From assembly GCF_036321535.1 (NCBI RefSeq), contig NC_087438.1:6202001-6266000 (forward strand): a stretch of 64,000 nt of DNA, given 5' to 3'. Both the position numbers and the translations under genes were made by a program. The DNA is from Camelus dromedarius (lineage: Eukaryota). The notes below the pieces were generated by a model. It was given only the letters and a program-made list of their open reading frames with translations, ran no database searches and was not told the DNA's origin. Of this stretch, positions 38,281-50,410 are shown piece by piece (the stretch's first letter is position 1; every line of letters starts with the position of its first letter).

Positions 38281-39380
38281 AAAAATTAAGTAACTTAGCT
38301 AATGAGAACCCCCTGCATTCACGCGGGAGGTGGGGAGGTTGGTACAGCACACAAGAACCACTGATGTCCTCCCAGTGTAGACACCTGATCTCTTGTGCAG
38401 ACGAGATAAGAACGACAGCCGCCATTTGCTGGGTCCTGGGCGTCAGGTCTCTTAGTCCATTTAAACCTCATGACAATGATCCAGGGGTATGTATTTTTAT
38501 GTCTGATTTAAAAAGGAAGAAACTGAGGTTCAAAGAAGTAAGTAACTTGTACTTTGAGGCAGGATGTGAACTGCCTCAAATAAAAACCACTTTTATTTTG
38601 CCAGGCACTGTGTATAAATTACCCCATTTGACTCTCATTATCTCCAATTTATCAGGGAGGAAATGGAGGCTCAGGAAGTGTGGGCACCTGGGCTCAGTCT
38701 ATCCAGCCGGTGAGGGACTCATGAGCCCAGATTTCTCAGGTCCATCCCTTTCCCAACCGCTTCTTCTTTTGAATGAGAAAGAGACTGGTCATTTACTTTA
38801 GGTTTCTCAGTCAAACACCAGGTTAATCGTCCACAGGGAAAATTTAACACAATACTCTGCCCGCATCAGTCTCAGAGCGCTTCTACATCACACAGAGCGC
38901 CAGGCACTTCACTGTGCTTGAAAAGTATAAGAGAGTCTTTACAATCATGTGACAGCTTTTCTCAGGATGCCATGCTGGTGACGCCTGCTGTGGACCTGCG
39001 TATCTGATTGACCAATCCTGGTCCTCATTCTGCTGCCCGGCGCGTGCAGGGCCTCAGCACGAGCTCTTCTCTTTGGCGAGACCCCTCTTTGGACGCGGAG
39101 GCACAGTGGAGGCAGAGCTGGGTGGTGACCAGTGACCCAACATTTTCTAGCTTTTTACTTGTTACCGTTTCCATGTTCCATTTTACCCGAGTTCTCAAGA
39201 TGAGGAGCCATGTGTTCACAGGCAAAACAAAGCTGGAAAGGCAGTTCGTCACAAGGGAGGCCCTTTACCTGTCCCCAACCCTGTCATCTGCACCACCACC
39301 GCTGAGCTTTGCCAACAGCCCCCAGGGTGCACCTGCCTTCTCTGCTCACCTGGCTGCAGCAGGGGCTGCCCCTCCCTTAC

Positions 39381-39592
39381 CTTGATGGCCTCCACTGAGT
39401 CGTACTTGTCCAGTTTGTTGATGTGGTTGGTTATGCTGGTGTTGAGAGGGGCGGGCGCGACGGGGTGGATGACAGTGGCGTCGTGGGCTTGCTGCTGGTA
39501 CCGCTGGCAGTAGGTGTAGACGAGCAGCGTGAGGAGGCAGCCCAGGATGGAGCTGCTCAGCCCCACGGCGATCATGTGGAACATGTTGAACT
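39381..39592 (-). CDS. SEMA5A: SEMA5A coding exon, 212 bp; transmembrane helix and proximal cytoplasmic tail
   Basis: EFNMFHMIAVGLSSSILGCLLTLLVYTYCQRYQQQAHDATVIHPVAPAPLNTSITNHINKLDKYDSVEAIK, including a hydrophobic TM segment. CAG acceptor, GTAAG donor, phase 1 in, phase 0 out. Confidence 0.97.
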
Positions 39593-40257
39593 CTGGGGAG
39601 ACAGCGTCACGGAGAGTGAGGCTAGTCCGGGGGAGAACACGCTCGTCCACAGCTCAGCGTGTGCAGAGCAAAACGGGACATGGCGGAGAGCCCCACGCCC
39701 ATCCCCAACTCAAGAATCATACGACTCCCCTCTGAAATGTCACGGCCACCAAGACACTTCTCTGCACTGAGCACAGCATAGTTTAAGTCAATGCTGTTAG
39801 GAATTATAACCCGTCTTTTGGAGATCACCTTGATACACCAGCAGAGGCTTTTTTCTTCCTTACAAGCTTAAACAAGACGGTTCTTTTGGTCCAAGTGCAG
39901 CATGAGCTATGGTCTATGGGGTTTCTAGGGGACATGTTTTTCGTGCTCCCTAACAGTCTGAGGGTCCCTGCAAGCGGCATGGCTGTGTCCCAGGAACGAA
40001 GCCAGAAGGCACTTACTGCTTCCAATCACGGCTCACCTGCAAGATAGACTGTTTTCTCCTCTCCTTTATCATTTCACTTACACAGGCGCTCCAGCTACAC
40101 CATCCTTCCCTCACACGTTTGGAACATGAATATGCACATATCGCATAACATTAGAAAGTGCAGAAAGGTATACAAGAGTACGTCTCTCATCTCTCCTGGA
40201 GGGAGCTTCTGCGACACCTTCTCCTGTGCTCTCCAGGAGATTCTCTGTACACTTGCA

Positions 40258-40261
<4 letters not shown>

Positions 40262-40301
<40 letters not shown>
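40262..40301. repeat. (GT)20 microsatellite
   Basis: Seen directly. Confidence 0.97.
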
Positions 40302-40305
<4 letters not shown>

Positions 40306-43300
40306 ATTACCCTGGGTACTGTTTTTTTTTCCACTAACACTGTATTTTGGAGACCTTGTAAAGAAAATGGTTTACTCCAAAGAAATCAAGGCATATGATC
40401 TTTCACTGGTCATGAAATGACCCTCTTTTTTCCATAGGGTTTTTTCCCTACTTAATAGCCTCTTTATTTTCTTTGAGTTATAAATACAAACTGCTGAAGA
40501 AAATGGACTGACACGGACTTATGTCTCAAATATAGGATTGGTTTGAGTGACATCAAGATACCATAACCAAGACCTGCTTAATCTCTGAGAAAGAACGACA
40601 AGAGAGAAAAGAAAGATGTTCACTGTGCGTTGGTTAAAACCCTTTACCATCAAAGCATTAAGCCTTTCAGGGAATAAAGACAACATCCAAGCAGTGCCCA
40701 TGAAGCTGAGATTATTGACGACCAGGCAAAGCACAATGGGGCCTCATTTTCTCTACGCTGTGTTGGCTCTGTACAGCTCCGTATAGCTACCAGCTCGCCT
40801 GAGGGTTACTGGCCTTATGTCTCCACTGCACAGGGCATAGCCTGAGGGTTTGGCTTTTCTCCCAAGATGTCCCCTCCATGTACCACCAGAGGGCCCAGTG
40901 TCACTCTTGCCTCCTCTACCTGTCCACCCGGCACTAAAGATGCCTGCTGGGCACCACTGTGGATACCAGGTGAGTCCACTAGGCCCCACAGGGACTCTGT
41001 CCCAGGGCACTCGGGGACAGAGACCTGAGAGTTTGTCTCCTGCATCCAGGTCCTGGAATGTTTGCACCTTAATCACCTGGCACCTCCCTGAGGACTCTCT
41101 GAGATGTCTTTGATGCCCAGATGTATCCCTCATCCAGCCCAAAACTCCTAAGCTGCTCCCTCTAAGCTGTGCTCTGTTGCTGCCTCGGACACCGTGTTCC
41201 AGGGCCCCGGGGCCCTGGGAGATGGATTTGCTTCACAAGGTGGATGACAACGTGCAGAGAGGCAGCCTCCTCCTCTGCTCACTGTGAGCCATGACCAAAT
41301 CCCTCCCACCCATATGGAGACTCTATACACGGTGATTCCTAACTCAGGTCTCAGTATCTTCAGCACCAGGGGCTGGATAACCCAGGAGGACGAAACATTC
41401 CACAAGCATCACCCTCTCCCTGACCCCACCTCAGGTTTTCACTTCTCTATCATGTGGTCGTTGGTTTAACACAGTGAAAGGAATGCATAAATTATCTCTG
41501 GCCTTTCCTGATTTTGTCTGAAGCCTCTCGGGCTGGACAGCTCCCAACCTGGGCAGGCTGGGTAAAGCGTCCAGGGGCCGTTCCACCTGCAGCCGCTAGA
41601 AGCTTCTACTCTTACCTGAAGCTGCCCTCGAGATAAGCAAGAGAAGATCTCACACGTGTTGCCATTTCTCCATCTTTCAGTGCTTTGGACTCCCCGGGGT
41701 CAGTGCCACGTACAGATAAATGCACTTCTGCTGCACTGATAACATATTATATTGTAACCTATGGAAGATGTACGACTCTCTCCATATGCAGACGCTGGGT
41801 CATTAGTCAAATGAATTATTCCCGCAGATGCCTGGGGAAGGTGGGGGCCAGCTGACATCTTTGTGAGAAATATACTGTCTTTGTGTCTCACGCAACTAAA
41901 AATAGCTCTCTAAGTGGAAACATTTCAATATTTCAATAGGCCTACATTTGTCTGCACAAGGGAAAAATTGTGCCTATTAAGTCTCCTGAATCTGCTTAAT
42001 GTGGCTCTTTGCTTTGAAGATGATTTTTGCTGTTGTTTTTGGTCAGAAAAGCTAGAGACCAATGACCCAGTTGGTTCAACTGGCTGCTTTTTTGTGCAAA
42101 GTTGGACTGATTTTTCCACAAACTGGAAAAAGACATCTATGTTGTCCCCTCAACATCCCCAAACGTCCTTGCTAGGTAGCTGCTTTTGCCTGCCAGTCCC
42201 ACAGTTAGCCCCCTCTGACCTCTTAACCTGCCTACTCTGGGGCGTCAGTGTCAGCAGCCTGAAGAACTAAGCAATCAGTTCCGAAGGTTGCAGAGTAATG
42301 ACAGTGTCTGAGATTTACTCCCAGCACCTGGAGGCTTGCTGTGGCGCAGCCGTTGGCACAGCTGGTCCAAACACGCAGCACTGGAGGAAGGAAGTGGGCT
42401 TTTTGTATCACATCTTTCTGGATCCTTGGGGCCTTGGGAAGAGCGCCCACATCCTAACCCGGAGAGGGCTGGCCAAGGAAAGTGGTCTGGAGGCAGCCAG
42501 TCACTCTGGGGAGGCGGCAGCCGGCTGCCCCCAGGTTCTGCCCTGACCTCCCTCGGGACAGGACCACTCCTTGCGAACTCTGCTCCACTGGGTCCCAAGT
42601 GTTGCCCAAGAGTGTCACCTGGCCAGGGCTGCTGTGGTGGCACAGCCCAGACACCATCCTCTGGGGTGCTCTGTACCAGGACCCTTCCCCTGTGGTGCTC
42701 CGGGCTTGAAGCTCACACTGGGATCCCACTGCCTGGATCCAAAGTCAGCTCCACCTGGGCTGTTTGTGTGAACCTCGGCTCTCTGACCCTCATGATCCTT
42801 ATTTATAAAATGCAGATGAAAAGGTGTGGCTGTTACCCCTTTCCTGCAACCCCTCAAACCCAAATCTCTCAAAACCATTTTTCGTCCCTCACCTGCAGCT
42901 CAGCCTGACTTGACCGGACCATTGGCTACAGAGCCGACCAGAACTGCCAGGAGGGACAGTCAGCAGCAGCCTCACGTCACCCACATTTCACAGCGACATC
43001 GCTCAAGCGATGGGTCATGGAGCGTGGTTCCCGGATATGCAGTGTGTGTCCCACGTTACCCATCTGTAATCTGAAAAACGCTCACTTCCAAACCCTCCTC
43101 TCTCCCCAGGGGTTCTGTGCAAAGAGCCGTGAGATCTGGTGTCCACATGAAGGCTCTCTGTGAGGACCACACAGGATACCTCTTGTCATTTTATAAGGTG
43201 ACACAGAGAGACTGATCTAGAACTACTAAGGGGCACTCAAGGCTACAATTATTTTTATGAGAATTCGTCGATATTCATCTTGCAGCCGGACCCCAAGGTA

Positions 43301-44049
43301 GCAGCTGCCAGTCTGCGAACTCACTGGACAGACTCACGTCAGGCACCAGACATCGCCTTTCTCAGGCACCGGGCTCTCCTGGGCTGTGACTTTTGGTTCT
43401 AGAGTCCCCACGGGAAGATCAACACCCCTCACAAAACTGGCACGGAGTGGGCACTCAGCAAAGAAGACTGAACAAATGGATTAACAGGTGGCTGACCAAA
43501 CGGAGTATAACAGATAGTGGGCTCTTAATGTCGTTAATAATAGCACGTAATTCCTGAAACACACCTATTAAACTCCAGATTCCTTCTGAACGTAAGGAGA
43601 GACCAAAGCCGGCTGAGCTGCGCTGTCTGGAATGGATCATGCTGGGAATGGTGCTGTCTAGTCATTGGCCGCATGTGGGAAGACACTGGTCTTGTATGTG
43701 GATGTTGGGCTCTGAGCACCAAAGGTGGACCAGGGCTGGGCTCTAAGTGACGGACAGCCAGCCCCTCCCAGCCAGCCAGGACTAGAACTAGACTAGATGG
43801 GAAAGTCCAAAAGCATCACGAGTTTGAGCCAGACAATGTGACTTCTGGCATTTAGGGTTGCAGGAAGTTTGAAAAATACCTCTAGAGATATAGGATATGT
43901 CCTTGTTCCCATCGTAAAATTGTGCTATTTTGTCATTTCAGCAGTTTGGAGGTTTGAGGCTGGCTGCCTTGGAATTTGTACTATCCAAACTATACAAATA
44001 CGATGACTGAATTCTGTTTTACTCATGGGAAATCTAACTGCAGCTAATG

Positions 44050-44241
44050 CCTAGGTCCCTGGATCATAAAGCTTACAGCCACCAGCATCACCCGAAGGGC
44101 TAATTAAACCACAGAGCACTGAGCCCCACTCAGAGAGGTTCTGAGTCCACAGATTGAGGCAAGGCCTGGGAATCCGCATGCCTAGTGAGTTCCCACGTGA
44201 TACTGATGATGCTCTGTGAGGACCAGGCTTGAGAACCACTG
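44050..44241. mobile_element. MER5A-like hAT-Charlie MITE
   Basis: catcacccgaagggc...gagccccac...gagaggttctga...gcctgggaatccgcat...tgatgctctgtgaggacca...ttgagaaccactg. Confidence 0.75.
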
Positions 44242-44425
44242 ATCCAGACGTCAAATGTGTACTTCTGGCATCTGTGCTGTTGAAATAGATGGTGTTTGGG
44301 TCCAAGAGTTTCCCCAGCCTGTTTTCCTGAGCCAATAGCAGAAACATTATACAAAACACGCGGGAAGAGAAATGATTGGAAAATGTCAGAAACACACCAG
44401 AAATTGATTAAAAAGAAGAACTTAC

Positions 44426-44473
44426 CTCCGCACCTCTTCTCTTCTACGCTGCTGGATCTTGCGACGGATACTT
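44426..44473 (-). CDS. SEMA5A: SEMA5A coding exon, 48 bp; juxtamembrane linker
   Basis: EVSVARSSSVEEKRCG. Polypyrimidine tract plus CAG acceptor, GTAAG donor, phase 1-1. Confidence 0.95.
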
Positions 44474-45136
44474 CTGGAAAAAACAAATATTCAATCACAA
44501 TGTGTCAAGGGAGTTGGGGAGGAAGAGCGCAGTAATGATTCACTTATAAAACGTCTAATGAGTTTGAGGTTTATGTGAGTCAGAGTTTCCAAAAGCCAGA
44601 TTATTTTTTAAAAAATTTTAATCAACTGCAGCTGTGTTTGATCAAGGTCACCTTGATTGGGAAGGGTGAAATTCATGATCACAAAAAGAAAATGCTGTGG
44701 TCTCTTGGGCAAAACCAGGGCACTAGTTTCAAAACAAGGCCAGAGTATGTGCTGATTTTCTGTTACAATGTATTCTGCCAGCTGTGGAAACCTACTGTGT
44801 CTGCCTGGGGCTCCTGCCTCGGAGGTTTTGTCTCGTCAAAGCCAGTACTGTCACTTGCCCTATAGCGGGGGATCACTGCCCCAGAACTCAGAGGAAGCGG
44901 TCACAACAACTTGTGACAGAGCCCATTCGTGCTCTTGGCCACGCCCCACGTGAAACCCACAAGGAAGACGCCAGTAAAAGGAGAGATCCACGCAAACGTC
45001 GAACCCCCAAGGATAAACACCATTCCAGGAGTCCAGGAAGGCTACCCTCTCCTGTACTGATCTTCTGTTCAATCATGAGAATTAAAAATATGTCTCTGGT
45101 TACAAAGGAAGCAACAATAATAAACACTCTGAGGGT

Positions 45137-45277
45137 GGGGAGGGCATAGCTCAGTGGTAGAGAGTGTGCTTAGCATGTACAAGGTCCTGGGTTCAATACC
45201 CAGTATGCCCATTAAAAAAGTACATGAATAAATAAACCTAATTTCCTCCCTGTAAGCGCCCCCCCGCTATAAAAAAA
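45137..45277 (+). mobile_element. tRNA-Ala-derived SINE (vic-1-like), copy 1 of a tandem pair
   Basis: ggggagggcatagctcagtggtagag (A box)...gcttagcatg...gggttcaatacc (B box)...aataaataaacctaatttcctccc. Confidence 0.9.
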
Positions 45278-45306
45278 GAACATGCTTAGGAAAGGGACCT
45301 TTCAGC

Positions 45307-45440
45307 GGGGGGAGGGTATAGCTCAGTGGTGGAGTGTACGCTTTGTATGCATGAGGTCATGGGTTCAATCCCCTGTATCTCCATTAAATAAATAAAAAAA
45401 ATAAACCTAATTACTCCCCCAAAAGACAAAACAAAAATTT
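45307..45440 (+). mobile_element. tRNA-Ala-derived SINE (vic-1-like), copy 2 of a tandem pair
   Basis: ggggagggtatagctcagtggtggag...gggttcaatcccctgtatctcca...ataaacctaattactccccc, then an A-rich tail. Confidence 0.9.
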
Positions 45441-46187
45441 AAAAACCCCAATAAATCCTCTTGTAGTTCTAGGCCACAGGAGACTTGAGGTGAAGCTTAT
45501 GAGGCTGAAGCTGATAGTTTTTTCTAAAATATTATTACCTTTTCCATAAATAGAGGAAAACAAGGTATTATTTATAACCTTGTAAGAAGTGGTCTCTGCT
45601 TTGGTCCCTGTGGGAGTCCTAAGGCGCACAGTGGGCGTATGTGAAATGATTGATAAGTGCCCAGGACCATGCCTCCCGTAAGCACGCGGCAGGTGACAGA
45701 CCTTCACTAATAACTAAACATCAATTTCACACAGAAAAGCCTGTAGCAACAGGGCCAGCCAACCTCTTCTCCAAGATGACGGCAAGGACAGGTTTCCACT
45801 TTCCCTAATACACTGAGGTTGTGTGATGAGAATGGCCATTTTTCCTCTGTGCACACACATACACACAGCATTGCCAAAGCATTTAACCTAATATTAAAAC
45901 AACCAAATTTTCATTTTTTGAACAAGCTATTCTGACTCTGTTATAGTCAATAAATTGTAGAAGACACTGTGCTTAAAAAATCTTAAAACTTATGGCCTAA
46001 ATTAAAATCTACAACCGCAGTTATGCACAAATCTCTGATCACCTTGAAACCACAAGACTGAAGCATCACTGTTTCACCAAACAGGACCTCAAAGAACAGA
46101 TAAAAACTCCGACCTACGAATCGTTTCCTCCTGAAATGCTGAAAACAATTTTGTTCACATGGATAAGCACCACCCCAACCCCCTTAC

Positions 46188-46343
46188 CTGGGATGAAATT
46201 GGAATCAAAAACACACGGCCGGCTCTCCGAGGTGTTTCCGGAACACTGGCTTCCCACGGGGAACAGCAGGATGCACTGGCGGACGCGGACCTGGACTCCA
46301 GACACATCACACTTGGACCAGTCTGACCACTCCGACCAGCTCT
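46188..46343 (-). CDS. SEMA5A: SEMA5A coding exon, 156 bp; last TSP1 repeat
   Basis: ESWSEWSDWSKCDVSGVQVRVRQCILLFPVGSQCSGNTSESRPCVFDSNFIP. Acceptor CAG at 46346-46344, donor GTAAG, phase 1-1. Confidence 0.97.
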
Positions 46344-47875
46344 CTGCAGTGGCAGGAAGAGGGGAGATGTGGCAAAAATGCCCACTAAGATCAACCATCC
46401 TGGAAGCACTGTCGGCTTATCTAAGTTACTTTAAGTTCCCGTGTGGTGTTTTTAATGGGTCTGTGTATAAATAAAATGGACTTGTGTCTTCTGACCAGTC
46501 CAGGAGCATGAATAAAAGAACTCGTACATCTTTGATTAGAAATAATTGCTTAAAATACATTTTCTAAAACCCACATTATTTTAATGCTCTAAAGTAACTG
46601 TATTAGACACTCTAAGCCAATCCATGAGGTCTGGCTGTGCACGGCCTTTCTTTCCACCGTCGGGGGAGAAATGATCACTGCAGACACCACTCCTATAGGG
46701 TCATGCTCACTGTGAAGAGCGACCCTCAAACGCCGCCCAGCAAAATTCCTCCAGGTCTCAGTGCTCGGACAAAAGAGATGACGGTGTGCCCATGAGAAAG
46801 CCCTGGATGCTGAAAGGGGGTTCAAGCTACTACAGGCACTTTCTCTCCTGTTATGAAAACAATTCTGCATGGTCAGTGCACCAAAGGCAGGCTGTGCTTG
46901 TGGCAGAATTCATTTTATCCTGTGTTTTCTGTCACTGAAGCACACATGATCAATGCACAAGTCTGGGTCAAGGCCCAAGGATGGGCCAGCTAAGGTCACT
47001 TCACCCCGAAGTGGAAGATTCACTAGGATTTTGTTAAATTCACCCAGGCCTACAGATATGTGAAAAGAGAGGACTGACACTCATATTTTAAGTAAGGAGG
47101 TTAAAAAATGAACACAATATTATTTATGAAATATCAATAACATAAAAAAAGATTTTGTTCTATGCAGTTGGCTTTTTTCCTTTTTTTTTAAATTTAAGCG
47201 TTGTCTGCAGTTAGGGGAAAGTTCAGAAACCAAACTTGTGTTTTGATCCATTTTAAAGAGTACAATTTTCCCTTAGAAATATGTGAAGTGCTCATTCTGG
47301 GAATGACTGACAATTGGGTCTTAGGCACTTTTCAATATAAATGGGACCTTCCAGAAGGATCTGCAGGAGCAAGTTAGAAATATATGTATAAATGAGTGTC
47401 TCAAAGTAGAAGTTAGACTCAGAGGCGAGTGTCTCCTTTTCATCCCAAGCGGTACTTTAGTGAGAAAACAAAGCTGACTCTTGGACGGGGAAGCCACGGC
47501 TGGGCATCCCCGGGGCCCCTGTGCCTGCCAGCCTCCAACCCGGACCCCCGGCTCATGGTCCTGGGGGGTCTTCCTAGGAAGCAGTTTCACAAAGTCTCTC
47601 CTGGTTCCCCCCCCCCCCCCGATTATCAGCAGCAGAATGTCGGATCCAGTTACCTGGTTACACATGTTAAGAAAGCTTGGTTATCACCTGTGAGTAGTTA
47701 ACTACCCGAAGGTGAGAAGTGTTCCCCTGTGGGACAACGTGTTATGAAGTCGGTTCACCCTCAGCAGTGTGGGTACCTATTGTGATGTGACTTCATCAAT
47801 TCCACCATTTCTCCATCAAGGAGAAGGGTGCATCTGTCCCGACACCAGGCAGTGGGCAGGGCGGGGGCGGCTTAC

Positions 47876-48046
47876 CGGGGCAGGGCTGCGTGTTACAGAG
47901 CGCCTCTTCCGTGTGCAGCCCCAGGCAGATGTCGCCTCCGTAGGCGGGGGCTGGGTTTGTGCACGAGCGGGTCCTCATGTAGTGTCCACCTCCGCATGTT
48001 GCTGAGCACTTGGACCAGGGGGACCAGCAAGACCACATGCCGTCCA
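47876..48046 (-). CDS. SEMA5A: SEMA5A coding exon, 171 bp; TSP1 repeat
   Basis: VDGMWSCWSPWSKCSATCGGGHYMRTRSCTNPAPAYGGDICLGLHTEEALCNTQPCP. Acceptor CAG, donor GTAAG, phase 1-1. Lies inside ORF 47796..48203. Confidence 0.97.
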
Positions 48047-48674
48047 CTGGGAAGGGACACAAAGTCACACCACTTCTGAAATCCCAATCTGACCGACCTG
48101 ACGTGGCTGCAGAGTGTGCCCTGCAGGAAGGTGTCGTGTACACCACTGAGCGCTCCCGGGGGTACCTGGGGGCCTCCACCTGGCTTTGCATATTCCTCCC
48201 CATGTTCTTCCAGTTCCTCCCATTCTTTCAGGCAGTGTTTGTAAGCATCTAATACGCCAGCATGGGTGTATCAGACTGCAGGGAACGCTGTGTACATGGC
48301 AGTGTTCTTCCTTGCAATGAACGCATGTCTGCCTAGACTGTAAAATTTTCAAAACCCCTCTTCCATATCTATTCTTGCGGGGGGCGGGGTAGGAGGGAAA
48401 TGCTTGCTGGCAGTTTTTCTCTGTCTGTAACCTGAGCTGAAGTTGGTCTGTAGTACAGATGTTCGCACACCACACACTGAGGCACAGAAAAGTCACTGTG
48501 CCTTGGAATAGCAGCCGTGACAAAGCCTGCGTGTCCAGATGTGCACATGGCGGTCAGGCTCAGGAGGGCTCTAACGCTTTGTCTTGATGGTGTCAGAGCC
48601 CAAATGAGAACCAACCGCGTAATCTAAGAGCTACATGCTTTTCATATCACGTGACGAGCCAGGACGGTCAACGT

Positions 48675-49447
48675 GAAAAGATACTTGACATCACTAATTA
48701 TCAGGGAAATGCAATTCAAAACCACAATGAGACATCACTTCACCCCTGTCAGGATAGGTATTATAGGAAAAAGATAATAATAGATAACAGTGCTGGTGAG
48801 GATTTGGAGAGAATGGAACACTTGTAGGCTGTGGGTGCAAATGCAAAATGGCGCAGCCACCAGGGAACACAGCACAGTGGTTCCTCAAAGATGCAGAAAC
48901 AGAGCAACCATAAGATGAAGCAATGCCACTTCCGAGTATTTGCCCAAAGGAACTGAAATCAAGATCGCAGACACCTGCAGCCCCATGTTCACACGAGAGC
49001 CAGGATATGGAAGTAATGCAAATGACGTTCATTGATAGGTGAATGGATAAAGAAAAAATGGTATTTTATCATTACATAATTTATAATGAAATATTATTCA
49101 GTCAGAGTAGAAGGAAATCCTGTCATACGCCACAAAATGCATGAAACGAGAGGACTCTGCGCTAGTGAAAATAAGCCAGTCACGGAAAGACAAATGCCAC
49201 GTGACCCCACTTCTATGTGGAATCTAAATGGTCAAGCTCATAGAAGCAGAAGGTGGAGCGGTGGTTGCCTGGGGCTGGAGGAGGGGGAGTGGACAGGTGC
49301 TGTTCAAGGGGTATGAGGTCTCAGGTCAGCGTGACGAGCACGTCCTAGAGGTCCGCTCTGCGACACCGTGTCTGCAGTGGACAGGGCTACATCGTGCACT
49401 TAGAGATTCATACAAAGGGTGGCTTTCGTGTTAAATTTTCCTACAAC
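48675..49447 (+). mobile_element. L1MA/L1MB-like 3' fragment
   Basis: acatcactaattatcagggaaatgcaattcaaaaccacaatgagacatcacttcacccc...gctagtgaaaataagccagtcac. Confidence 0.85.
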
Positions 49448-50353
49448 AGTAGCCCAATAACAGAATTTACAAATATCCAAAGACTAAATGCTTTTGGTCA
49501 CACAGTCATTCTATAATCACGATTGTCTCATGGTCACGTGGGTCCACTAGACATGGCAGGAAGCTGGTGACCGAAAGATGAATGTACACAGTTCCTTGCA
49601 CTATTTCAAACAGTATTTATACCCGTCCACATTTTAACTAATATTTACACCAATTAATATCTCATCCTAACTTCCCCCCCTCCCCCACCAACTGACCTCC
49701 TGGTATCTTGATAAATTCCCTTGGCACCAAATCGTTCCTTGTTTAACAGAGGAAAAGATGCTTCTTGTTGGAACTGTGAACAGTTTGCTGGAGCATCTGT
49801 GACACAGCCCAGTTGCTGAAACTTTTCCACTTGCCAGTTTAAACCACAAGGTCACACGAACTTCCACCACTTCCAGTGTCATTGCCCTGAGGGGTATGTC
49901 AAGTGCTGGGGGAACAGGTCCTCCCAGCATGACGGGAAATCAGAAGGAACCTTCAGCCACTTCACCGTCAGGGAGCCACTCTGGCCTGTAACTGCCCCGT
50001 GCCCCCAGCCCAGCTCCAATCCAGTCTCCACTTCCCGTCCTCTTAGCTCTGTGCTTGTGTTCCAAGCCTCAGCCTTCTCCTCGGAGACAAGGAGATGGTG
50101 GTCTGTCCTGGATGAAAAGGGACATTAAATATTGTAATAAGGTTTTGTATTAGGAAGGCTAATGTATTTTTAAAATAGAAATTACAGAATACAAAGCTTA
50201 ATGAAATAGTCTTCCCTGTGCAGGAGCATTAGAACTTCATGGGGAGGCAGGGATTCTGAAGTCAAGGGAACAAAAAAGTGTGAGTCACCACTCAGGGCCT
50301 GGCCCACCGGGGGACAGAGCGGGGCTGAGTGTCTGAGCGCTTCCCTTGCTGCT

Positions 50354-50376
50354 AATGATGCTAGTGATGATGATGG

Positions 50377-50410
<34 letters not shown>
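50354..50410. repeat. (GAT)n trinucleotide repeat, pure (GAT)11 at 50378-50410
   Basis: Seen directly. Explains the poly-Met in ORF 50346..50618. Confidence 0.95.

Noticed and set aside
38229..38801. 190-aa plus-strand ORF
   Set aside because: Assembled from an L1 A-rich tail and MIR-like fragments.
45137..45385. Possible tRNA-Ala genes
   Set aside because: Stems are degenerate and are followed by the SINE-specific tail (taaacctaattac...) and A-rich ends. These are SINEs, not tRNAs.
46114..46187. Short read-through after the 156-bp exon as a secreted isoform
   Set aside because: The ~24-codon extension is chance length, the donor is a strong GTAAG, and I saw no nearby sense poly(A) signal.
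47400..47800. Orthologue of human MIR4636, which I recall lying in this SEMA5A intron
   Set aside because: I could not see a matching hairpin here by eye. An alignment would be needed.
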